Assembly: GCA_021432655.1 (NCBI GenBank)
Contig: MU271658.1
Location: forward strand, 1-34,508
Origin: Atractiella rhizophila
Lineage: Eukaryota
Direction of reading: 5' to 3'
DNA length: 34,508 bases
Part shown: positions 23,428 through 33,853 of the stretch, piece after piece
Position numbering within the stretch: position 1 is the stretch's first letter
Layout of the letters: the number at the start of each line of letters is the position of its first letter
Position numbers and translations under genes: made by a program
The notes under the pieces: generated by a model
Database searches by the model: none
The model's input: the letters and a program-made list of their open reading frames with translations, nothing else
Told to the model about the DNA's origin: nothing

Positions 23428-24057
23428 GTGGTGGAACCTCCGGTCATTGATTTCATCACGGACGTGTACAGGAGTCCCTTGCTCGTCCTGACCGAAAACC
23501 AGGGGCGGTTCGACATGCAAGGGAAGTCGATATTGGGACCTGCGCTTGGACTTGAGACAGAACCCGCAAAGTTGCTGGATGTCGTGTTACGAGTGGACAA
23601 ACCCACCGTCCCAGAAACACCATTGCGTGGCTATCATTGGGCAATCACTTGGACGACCTCTGAACGGGACGGGCACCATTTGTGCCAGAGGATTCACCTA
23701 GCTACGGAGAATTGCAATCGATATCACTATACGAATTGGGGACAGCACTTCCTCGTCCTAACCCAGGAAGCCAACAGTTCTTCCATCCCCATTCAGATCG
23801 GCCAGCTGTCAAAGCCGGATCGAGCAAAGCTGGTCAGCATAAGTCTCGGAATTCCGCCTCTCCAGCCTGTAGACGGGAGGACAGCTGAAGCTTGGAACAA
23901 AATGCATGAGGCGATGGGACCCACGAACGGTGGAATCGCGTTCAACTGTCAAGACTGGATCGTTGAACTTTTGTTCCAAGCGGAACGCGCTGGGTTGTTC
24001 AGCTCCGAACAAGTCAATAAGGCTTTGAATGACGCGAGATCTGTCACCCCTGCTTGA
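23428..24057 (+). CDS. Small hypothetical protein A2, near-identical to A1
   Basis: 209-aa ORF differing from 21169-21798 at only a handful of residues; same HWAITW and NCQDW motifs. Confidence 0.65.
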   Translation: MVEPPVIDFITDVYRSPLLVLTENQGRFDMQGKSILGPALGLETEPAKLLDVVLRVDKPTVPETPLRGYHWAITWTTSERDGHHLCQRIHLATENCNRYHYTNWGQHFLVLTQEANSSSIPIQIGQLSKPDRAKLVSISLGIPPLQPVDGRTAEAWNKMHEAMGPTNGGIAFNCQDWIVELLFQAERAGLFSSEQVNKALNDARSVTPA

Positions 24058-24937
24058 TTACGACCTCGCAAGTCTTCGAGATACACGGGATTATTTATTT
24101 ACTCCAACGACCCTCTCCTCTCAACCGTCTCACCCTACCCCAACTTGTATATCTTGTCATACGACGTACTGAAGGGAGAAGAATTGGATGTTGGAGGAGG
24201 AGGAGTCGAAGGTTGGCGAGTGGCGAAAATCCTCGATGTCTGCAAATGGCGTCGTCTGGTGAGCAATCAACTTTTGCTGAAGTCCCTCACTTGTTGTTTG
24301 TTTGCACTTACAGTTTCAATATACCCAATATCACTTCTCATCCAGATAGCGAGTCCATAAGTATCTCCGTTGTTGTCGATACAGCAACATCAGAGGTTAG
24401 AGAGCTCTGAACAGAAAGGGTATTGATTAGCTCGGGGGGCTTCCTTGGTCCCAATCCAAGGTCGCAGCGCATATGCAAAGTCTCAAAAGAGCCATGACCT
24501 CCCTTTCGATCCTTGTGTAGCGCTGAAATTTGATAAGGAACTCCCTTTCACAACGATTTCATACTTTCGGTCCATACTGTGTCCTTGCTGAAGGGCTGGT
24601 TGCTACAAAGATATCTACTCCTTGTGAACCTGCAAGGAATTTCTTTGAAGTTGCTATGATTATTCTCCTGACAAGGCTAACACGACGCTGCGCGTATTGG
24701 GAGCTTGTTATCCCCTTGTATAGGCCACGTTAGACACAAAGGCCGGAGAGCGTCTATATTCCCTTATCTGTCTCTTCTTTGTGAAGTGAGATAGCCTTGT
24801 CTTTGAAGCTATCGAGATCATGGCTATAAAAGGTCAGCAGATTTTGGCTCCTCCTTCCCATCGAAGAAGAGAAAGCAATCACAACCACCCACTAGCAGCT
24901 AAACATTGAAACCAAACTCCCTCAATTGCCCCTAACA

Positions 24938-25604
24938 AGTAGGTATCCTATTTGCACACTTCGTGCCTGACCATGAGGTTATAGTGGCTCAATATCGAAC
25001 GACCTTCTTCACTGAAGCCTACAAGAACCCCCTGTTAGTTGCCACTGAGAACCACGGGCGCTTCGACCCCCAAGGCAAAACACTTCTGGGTCCTACCGTT
25101 GGACTAGAGACCGAGCCCGTAGAATCGTTGGAAGTTGTCATTAGGGTCTACTCTCCAATTGCCCAAGTGGGAAGAACAGCACGCGACCGTCATTGGTCAA
25201 TTACCTGGACGACATCTTACCGTGGTCGGGACGAGATGTGCCAAAGGTTGCACTTAGCAAGCGACCCAGGCAACACCACTCATTTCACAAACTGGGGACA
25301 ACATCTTCAAGCCTTGAAGCCTGAGAGCGCCGCTAAATTAGCTGCTAAGGTTGTCATTGGAAAGCTCGCCAAACAGGATCGAGCCAAGCTAGCGAGTATT
25401 AGTCTTGGGGTTCCGCCTCTCGAGCCTGAAGAAGGAAGAACCCTCGCTGCTTGGAAGAAAGTTCAAGACGCTAACGGTGCCGCTAACGGTGGCGCCGCAT
25501 AAGACTGGATCGCTGAGGTGTTGTTCCAAGCAGAACATGACGGCCTCTTCACTCTTCAACAAGTCGAAGAGGCTCTGCAGGCCGCCAGAAGTGCTCCTAT
25601 GTAA
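24938..25604 (+). pseudogene. Paralog B2: premature TAA created by loss of the FNC motif
   Basis: TATAAAA at 24825. A|TG split by intron 24939-24984. NGGAA*DWIAEVLFQAEHDGLF aligns to NGGIAFNCQDWIVELLFQAERAGLF, and the frame continues to TAA at 25604. Confidence 0.75.
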
Positions 25605-25642
25605 CCATCCTATCTCGTATCTGTTTTCTCAACGCATTGCTA

Positions 25643-26812
25643 TTACCAACCAAATACGTCCTCTTGAAATATGACCTTATCTACAGCTGCTTGCCACTCT
25701 TCAGCTACTCGCAGGTTCTTTTTCGTCGGACAGAATGCTGCCTCCAATGCGTGCTTTAACTCCGACCCAGAAAAATCTAGCCGTTTAGTTGCTTGTACCA
25801 CTTCCCAAAAGTCGGGGTAGAAACCAAGAGTTTCCCAATCCAGGATCGCGACGATTTCCCCCTCATGTGTTAGAACGTTCCCCATCAGCAAATCAGAATG
25901 GCAGAGCACAATGCCGACAGAGTAAGGGAAGTCATTTTGCAAGGTTGCTGGCCTGTCCCAACGCCAGTGAAGACCTTGGCTTCCCCATCTGAGCTTCCAG
26001 TACGCTTGAAATTCCTGTAGGAAGGTAAAAGGTCGCGTCGGAGCTTTGTTCTTGGGAAATAAGACGTTTTTGTAGGTTTCTTGAGGCCAAGAAGCAAGTT
26101 TGGGCTGAGAGAAACATCGTTGACCAAGTTCGACTAATTGGAGATGATACTGGAGTAGCTGTTTAGCATACTGGGTCGCTGACATCTGCAATGGATTAAA
26201 TGGAACTCCTTCAATAAATTCCATGAGAATGTAGGAGTCTTCATCGTGTGTGAAAGCCGAAATGACTTTTGGGACTGGTATTGAAGTCTGCGTTCTGACG
26301 AATTCCATCGCTGCCGCCTGCTGAAGTCCTACGTGCGAGCCTATGACCTTCTTAATAACGTGATCATTAAATCGGCAACAATTTGCGGTAAAATGCTCGA
26401 GATCGCGTAAGCTTTTCAGAACGTGAGATTTAATGTCTTCATCAAAAGGAGGAATCCAATCTTTCAGGTGAATTTGCGCAGCGTGTCTTGTTTTCGGTGT
26501 GTCACCAAAGGATTGCGTTCGTCGTCGTCCGGAGTGGCGATTCTTCAGGGCAAAAGTTGATGCGTCCCATATATCTGGGTAAAATGTCGCAGAGATTTTA
26601 TAACAAACGCGAAAGAAGTCTAAGAGGATTTCAAGATCCTGCAACGCCATCAGAAACTTCCTGTCAAGGATTATTGGACACTGCCAACATACTTCTGCTC
26701 TGAATCCCCAGAACGTGTGACATATCAGATCTCTCTCACTTACAAAGAGAACGACTTCGTTTCCAACCCTATAACAACAATCAGATTCACGAGGCATGTT
26801 GTCATAATTCAC
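25643..26812 (-). CDS. Aminoglycoside phosphotransferase/choline-kinase-like (APH family) protein kinase-fold protein, intronless
   Basis: AAMEFVRTQTSIPVPKV, YILMEFIEG, Brenner motif HSDLLMGNVL and ILDWETLGFYPDFWE. Confidence 0.85.
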   Translation of the reverse strand: MNYDNMPRESDCCYRVGNEVVLFVSERDLICHTFWGFRAEVCWQCPIILDRKFLMALQDLEILLDFFRVCYKISATFYPDIWDASTFALKNRHSGRRRTQSFGDTPKTRHAAQIHLKDWIPPFDEDIKSHVLKSLRDLEHFTANCCRFNDHVIKKVIGSHVGLQQAAAMEFVRTQTSIPVPKVISAFTHDEDSYILMEFIEGVPFNPLQMSATQYAKQLLQYHLQLVELGQRCFSQPKLASWPQETYKNVLFPKNKAPTRPFTFLQEFQAYWKLRWGSQGLHWRWDRPATLQNDFPYSVGIVLCHSDLLMGNVLTHEGEIVAILDWETLGFYPDFWEVVQATKRLDFSGSELKHALEAAFCPTKKNLRVAEEWQAAVDKVIFQEDVFGW

Positions 26813-27764
26813 TCACTTCCTGAAGTACAAAGAAATGATCGAACTAACAAACAACTTGGTAGCTTTGTTTCCGGCTCTCAGGCCGTCATAGGAGTTCCAT
26901 TCAACAAAAGTAGGCCTAAAAAATATGCCGCCAGTTGTGTTATGAGATTCTCTCGTGAATCGTTGTGTCCGCACTCCATAGAAGGCCAAATCTTGATTAT
27001 TGTGGGCAAGGTTCGGCATCAGGTTTCAACACAACGAAGGGAATAATCTGATTTTCAAGTTGTCGAATCGTCGTTTTCGCAAGTCATCTTGATCATGTTG
27101 TTTCATTTCTTTGTTATTTTCTTACAAAGGGATCTTGCATCATAAAATAAAGGATCCTGGGCAGCATAGCCCCTCTTGGGGTACCTGAGTTGCAACCTGC
27201 ACCCGATCAATGCAACCCTGTAAAGGGAAGCAGGTAGTGGCTAGTGAAGCTTGAAGCTTGGATCTGAAGCTTATAAGTGTGACACATATTGCCAACATTT
27301 TCTACCCGGAGACGCCTGGCTGGGAAGAGGTAGGAGGAAGCTATCGGGGAACATTATGCTCTAGAGCTTAATTCGGCCTGACTTTGGCCTGAACTGGCTA
27401 TGAGTGCGTTAATCACTTCTTTACGACGGGAGGCGTTGTGATCAAACTGGGATCAAAGTCTGTTCTTTCTTCGTAAATCTGAGGAGATGGCAAACGCCAG
27501 AGAATTGGCTCGCTCGCCTACCGCATTGTTTGTTGTTATCACTTTCCGTTGGAGACACCACGTCAGAAGTTTGGATCCACGAGTGAGATATCGCTACCAT
27601 TGCGACAGTCTCGCGCTGGCAAGCGAACAAACTACAGTGGTCATTTGTACATTCCTTGGTTTGGGCATCCTAAATTGCTCCTACTTTCTCATTCAGCGGA
27701 GAAGAATTTATTGCTGGTCTACCAATGAAATAGAACACTTATCAACACATAAATTCCTCAGCGC

Positions 27765-30025
27765 AAGCTGCTCCTGTTGCGAACTATGTGGGTACAGGAA
27801 CGGACTTCCCATTCCGCCTCTTACCCGGTGGGACAATGAGGAGTCGGCGGACTACGCAGCCTCAGTCCTCTAAAATATAACAATTCAGCGCTTTCAGGAG
27901 TGCTGCCAGTTTTACGCTCTCGTCTCAGGCCGCCCCCCACCCCCCCGCTTTTCTCATAAACAATGGTGCTTGACCTCCCCATTCCTACCTCCTTCGTCCG
28001 CCTTCATGCATTCAACACTGGTCGAATATCTCTCAAACCTTCGTGGTACTTCACACCGGCGGATAAGGATGTCCCTGTTTTGCCAAAAGAAATGTCGGTC
28101 CCTTCGTATGGCTTCTTGATAGAGCACGAAGAGGATGGAGGGAGGAAAAGAAGGGTTGTCTTTGATTTAGGACTGCGGGAGGTGCGTATCTCTCCCTCCA
28201 AGCATGCTCCTCATGTCAGGCGAGCGTTGCTTGACTTATGTAACGAAACATGCACTCATTTCTTGTATGGGAACAGAGACTCGATTCACATGCTCTTTCC
28301 ATTCGAATGGCCATCAAACTTATTCCTGGACTCGTCAAATCCTATGAAGCGGGAGCGTCACTCATAGCCCAACTCTCGTCGATGGGAGTATCATTAGATT
28401 CGATCGAGACAGTTGTTTGGAGGTCCGTGTTATTTTTATTCTTTCTGATCTAGTGGCACCAAGATGCATTGTGGGCAGTCACTTCCACCTTGACCACATC
28501 GGGGACACCTCTCTCTTCCCCCCTTCTACTTCTCTCCTAGTCGGGCCAAATGCTTTAAAGGAGATTCAGCCTGGTTTTCCGAAACAGCCCACATCTCAGG
28601 TGCTCGACAAGGATACGGCGTATGTCTCTTCACACATATTCCCTCGAAGAATTGGACATTTATTCGAAGGAAAGTGGAAGGAAGGTCACGGAAGTTCAGT
28701 TCAATGGGGAAATCGCTGGTTTTAGATCGCACGATTACTTCGGCGACGGCTCTCTGTATTTGTTGGACACTCCAGGGGTTCGTGCCTTCTTTCCCTATCT
28801 GTTCTCACTGCTCACCTACCTTCTTGCCTCAGCATTGTATTGGTCATATTTCAGCTCTCGCTTACGTCGGACATGGATCGTTCGTGCTATTAGCAGGCGA
28901 TACAAAGCTGCTCCTGTTGCGAACTATGTGGGTACAGGAACGGACTTCCCATTCCGCCTCTTACCCGGTGGGACAATGAGGAGTCGGCGGACTTCGCAGC
29001 CTCAGTCCTCGAGAGTATAATAGCAATGCTGCCAGTTTTACCGCTCTCGCCTTAGGCTCTCCCCTCTGCTTTGCTTATAAACGATGGTGCTTGACCTCCC
29101 CACTCCTACCTCCTTTGTCCGTCTTCATGCATTCAACACTGGTCGAATATCTCTCAAACCTTCGTGGTACTTCACACCTGCGGATAAGGATGTCCCTGCT
29201 TTGCCAAAAGAAATGTCGGTCCCTTCGTATGGCTTCTTGATAGAGCATGAAGAGGATGGAGGGAGGAAAAGAAGGGTTGTCTTTGATTTAGGACTGCGGG
29301 AGGTGCGTATCTATCCCTCGAAGCATGCTCCTCACGTCAAGCGAGCGTTGCTTGACTTATGTAACGAGACATGCGCTCATTTCACGTGTGGGAATAGAGA
29401 CTCGATTCACACGCTCTTTCCATTCGAATGGCCATTAAACTTATTCCTGGACTCGTCAAATCCTATGAAGCCGGAGCGTCACTCATTACGCAACTCTCGT
29501 CGATGGGAGTATCATTAGATTCGATCGAGACAGTTGTTTGGAGGTCCGTGTTTCTCTTATTCTTTCTGATCTAGTGGCACCAAGAAGCATTGTGGACAGT
29601 CACTTCCACCTTGACCACATCGGGGACACCTCTCTCTTCCCCCCTTCCACTTCTCTCCTAGTCGGGCCAAATGCGTTAAAGGAGATTCAGCCTGGTTTTC
29701 CGAAACAGCCCACATCTCAGGTGCTCGACAAGGATACGGCGTATGTCCCTTCACCATATTCCCTCGAAGAATTGAACGTTTATTCGAAGGAAAGTGGAAG
29801 GAAGGTCACAGAAGTTCAGTTTGATGGGGAAATCGCTGGTTTTAGATCGCACGATTACTTCGGCGACGGCTCTCTGTATTTGTTGGACACTCCAGGAGTT
29901 CGTGCCTTCTTTCCCTCTCTGTTCTCACTACTCACCTACCTTCTTGCCTCAGCATTGTATTGGACATATTTCAGCTCTCACTTACGTCGGACATGGCTCG
30001 TTCGTGCTATTAGCAGGCGATACAA
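27765..30025. repeat. Direct tandem duplication, ~1.13-kb unit (27765-28904 and 28905-30025)
   Basis: AAGCTGCTCCTGTTGCGAACTATG occurs at 27765 and 28905. Both units end ..GCAGGCGATACA(A). Short AA microhomology at the junction. Confidence 0.93.
27963..28904 (+). pseudogene. 3'-truncated copy of the metallo-beta-lactamase-fold hydrolase gene
   Basis: Same exons as 29084-30446 up to LAGDT, then the sequence switches to the promoter region of copy 2. The C-terminal SHD metal-ligand region is missing. Confidence 0.75.
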
Positions 30026-30446
30026 TCCACCACCCATCTATCCTCCGCCCAAATCCTTCGTGTCCCTTGAATGGACGAGATAAACCGTTAAGTAAGGTTG
30101 CAAGTTGGTGGGCGCCACCAGGAATGCCACGCTCTGTTCGTCTTCTTTCCTCTTCCGGAATCGCTTCTTCATCTCGTCCTCTCCAGCCTAACTGATGGTG
30201 CGTATTTCTGACGAGGCTACTTAGGTACATGCAGACCCTAAAGTGTACATGAAAACTGTTGCTAAATTGCTCGAATTTGAACAAGATGATCGCGTGCTGG
30301 TTTGGGCGTCTCACGACGTGCAGCTGGAGGGACGACTGGGGGAAGTCAATGGGGAGGAGGTGAAGGATATAAAGGTGAAGGAAAGATGGAGGTTTCTGGA
30401 GCTATGGGAAGGACGAATTGAGGGAGAGCAGACGAGCGCTTCATAG
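29084..30446 (+). CDS. Metallo-beta-lactamase-superfamily hydrolase (N-acyl homoserine lactonase/fungal lactamase-like), multi-exon
   Basis: SYGFLIEH..VVFDLGLR, SHFHLDHIGD (HxHxDH), DYFGDGSLYLLDTPG|HCIGH, LAGDTIHH, final exon VWASHD. Confidence 0.88.
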
Positions 30447-30800
30447 TTGTCAGTCGCTAATCTGCTCTGAAAGAGGGACTATGAAGCTAAACGATGGTGT
30501 GGGTTGGAATGCTGAGCTAACTTTGATACCCTAAACTAATTATGGTTGACTACTTTCTCAGTTCATCGATGGAGCTCCTGCGCTTTCAAGTTGTATATCC
30601 ACATAATGCCTTGGTCGAATTTAATAGCACTATCAACACTCTACGGTAGAAGGCCAACACGGCGGCGTCGTTGTGATCCAGACAGCTCCTTAAAAATACC
30701 GAGAGCGAGCGATGACAGCAAGTCCAACTTTGCAATAGATGCAATACGAATCTAAATATTAAGCGCTCAACAAAGACTGAGAGGTTGGTCGTCCAACAAT

Positions 30801-32551
30801 TCATCCTCCAAAGAAGAATTCTCCAATCGAAATAAGAAGTGCGCCGGTGACAGCGGACGCGGCAGTGACAACGACAACCCTCATGAATCTGTCATAGTCT
30901 GATTGTGCCCGCTCTTCTTCTTCCTGTTGGATCTTCTCTGTTTCTCTGGACATTGTCGGTGTTTCAACACCTATTGGCAGGATAGGGACATCGGCACTAG
31001 GTGCCGTTGGTGCTTGATCCATGGAATTCAGCGGAAAGTAACCAGACATGAAAGAAGAAATGCACCTTCTGCTGCCTCCTCAAGTGGTCCTGACTCGAGA
31101 AGGGGAACAAGAATTGGCTCCCCTGACAATGTTGAATCCTTCGCTAGTGGTTCTTCTCCTAGGACGCGCTTAAGTAGGAGATCCACCTTCTCCTCCGTCC
31201 AATTTAGCTTCTCTAGCATCTCCTCGAATTTGACTCGCAGATGGTCTCTCGCGATGTGCTCCCTTTCTTCTAGCCTGGGTAAAAATGGGTCAGTAGGAAA
31301 TTGCGCATCAGCAAAAAGATGTACCGCTCCTCAAAACGATCAACCATTTTCCGTCGCTTCCAAGGCTCAACTATAAGGATGGCCGCAATGAAGAGAATTA
31401 TGTTAAGTGCTGTAATGCCCATTGAACCGTATGAGGAGATCGTCCGTATCTAGACTAGTCCAGATGAGAACAACACCGCAAGACGCAACTAATCATGATC
31501 ACCTTATCGCTCCAGATCTGCTCTTCATGATATCGATTCAAAATGGATTGCATCAAGTCTGCGAATGAACCAATCTAGAGGGAGAAATAGACAGAAATCA
31601 AACATACCAGAGAAAGCCTTCTCAGTAGCCTCCTCCCGTCGGTCCATCTCCTCCTTTGTTCGTTTCTCCTCGAGCTCATTATCATGGTCTTTCCTTACGA
31701 GTAGTGTAAAGCTATCCACGATTGTAGTTGAATATTAAACGTGTAAGCAAGAGAGGGACGCGTACCGTTCGACTTCACCTTCTCCCCACCCTTGCACAGT
31801 CTTTCGCTGAAGCAAATCGTTCACCTCAGCATGGGAGGCTGCACGTTTCGCGACTGCGAGTTCGTGTGCCTTCTTGGAGGCTGTAGACAGCGCGCGGAGA
31901 GATGATAAAGCTTTCTCTGCACAAAGTTTCTGTCAGAGGAGCTTATCCGAGCAAGTATAGTAGACTGAGTTGTTGAGCAAGGGACGATTAAATGAGGAAC
32001 TTCTGGCGGCATAAGCTCAAACGTCCCTCATCGATATTCAAATAGTGATCCGTGTTAGAAGGGAAGAACGGTAACATGATTTGGCTGAAATATCCCAGCC
32101 CATTGACAATGTCCAAACAATATATTTAGCGTGAACAGCCAGTATTTCGCCGTTCGCATCTGAGTTAAAACAACCAACAATAGTTTCAAGCACAACTCCA
32201 GTTCTTTCTGATTGTAGGTTGTAAAGGCGTAGAGAAAAGGCACTTCCACACTTCGACGAAATGCACACTAAAGAGCATCCCGCTTTCCGTTCAAAACCGG
32301 GCAAATGCGACCATATCCCTCAAGTTCACAAGAAACAGACATTTACCTCTTTCTCCCACCTCCCCCTTGAGCCTTTCAATCCCTCCGTATCCTGTCAACT
32401 CGCTAACATTCCTCGAAACGACACCAATCTTTTCGTCCCAACTCGCTTTTTTGGAATATAGCACCTTTAAAACCTCCGCCTGGTTTGGAATCTGCTTGGG
32501 AAGTGATTGGAGGGACTGCGCCAGCCGGCTGAGGGACGGGGGAAGAGGCAT
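30801..32551 (-). CDS. SHE9: She9/Mdm33 family mitochondrial inner-membrane protein
   Basis: Spliced peptides ELTGYGGIERLK, EVNDLLQRK, FTLLVRKDHDNE, ILNRYHEEQIWSDK, TM ..LIVEPWKRRK and a C-terminal TM helix. First intron 32346-31917 (430 nt). Confidence 0.9.
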
Positions 32552-32937
32552 GCTTTTGTGAGGAGGCTTGAGGAGGCTGAAGTCAACAACGAGATTTGAG
32601 TCATGGTGATGGTTTATGGTTTGCCTGGCATTCAAGGCATCATTCCAAACTGCAATGTAAAGGATGTTCAAGCTTTCAAGTTTCGAGCTTCAAATCCGGT
32701 ACTTTCAATACATGGCAAAATTGATCGTCGCCTAAAAGTTGAATGGGACCCCAAAGCGTCACTTATTCAATTAGAATGAGTTACATGTATCTACTGAGGA
32801 TGATGATAAAAAGTTGCAAGTACTCGAGTTTGAATGCATCAAAACAACCTCTCTGAAAGAAAAACGATGTAACACAGTCTCACTCCGAATGTTGAACATC
32901 GAATACACTGGATGATACAAAATTTCTTAATTGGTTC

Positions 32938-33853
32938 TCAAGTTTGCCGGGAGTTGACTTCCTCCAAAAACCGCTGGAGTATTGACCAGTCTTGCTCGAG
33001 CTGGGGTGTATGTCTCCGTTGGGTTTCTTCGGGACACCAGGATCCTTGCAAAGTCTGTAAGTAGCCGGCTAAAGAGTTCTCTTCTTCCATATCCAAGCGA
33101 TTCCGCTGATACATGCACGTCCGGTAGTCGGAATGAGAATTTGAGGAGCTGTCTGAGTCTGCAGCTAGTTGATGCAGTGGATTTGAGAATGCTTCTGCTC
33201 GCGGGGTGACGAAGTCTCGCAATGATTCTAAAGGGATGTTAGACTCGTAGGTGCCTTCAACCGATCTAACATACCGAAAGCGTTGTAAGTTCGCTTCTGT
33301 TCAAGATAGCTCTCCCTCAAAGCTGCCCTGTCGTCCTCATTGGAGGAGGTCGATCGAAATCCAATTCCCTCGCCATCCCTCGTCTGGGAATTCACCTGTC
33401 GGTTCGCTATCCATTTCGTAGCCCAAATCTCGGCATTGGGGGAAGAAATTGCCAACTCGTTCCACGCTGAGGCTGGTAGGTTGGGAAGGTTGGAAGGTGA
33501 AGAACGATTCGATGCAGACTTGTTGGATGATGGCGGAGACGCGTCCTTGTCTTTGCGCGACTTTCGACGGACGGGGTGAGTGACGACTTGGTACTCGCAA
33601 GGCTTCGCTTCTTCTCCTCGTGCATAGGCACTCTTGATGCAGGGACCACAAGTGGGCTATTCATGAGTTAGCCAACCTGTTTTAAAAACCAATAAAAATT
33701 CTTACCTTTTCCCCATCACAGCGTATCTTTCGTGCCCTGCGACAGCGTTAGAGTCTGTTCAGTGCTAGACCTCCTTTGCAAAACGTACCGGCAGGCAAAG
33801 CATGCTTGAAATCTTGGGAGAGGAGGTTCGATTACACTCTTTTTCATAGTCAT
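32938..33853 (-). CDS. Short Zn(II)2Cys6 transcription factor (4 exons)
   Basis: Splicing gives MTMKKSVIEPPLPRFQAC-FA-C-RARKIR-C-DGEKPT-C-GP-C-x13-C-EY. Last intron 33274-33228 joins to the ORF ending at 32938. Confidence 0.82.

Larger units (their letters stand above)
20940..24800. repeat. Duplicated block [gene A + gene B]: unit 1 from 20940, unit 2 from 23208, joined by a 35-nt poly(A)
   Basis: TTGGATTCTTGCGACTAAGTACTG occurs at 20940 and 23208. Identity is very high through gene A and decays downstream. End coordinate approximate. Confidence 0.85.

Noticed and set aside
26717..27873. ORFs of 109 aa and 128 aa between the kinase and lactonase genes
   Set aside because: No motifs. One overlaps the kinase start in antisense and the other runs into duplicated promoter sequence.
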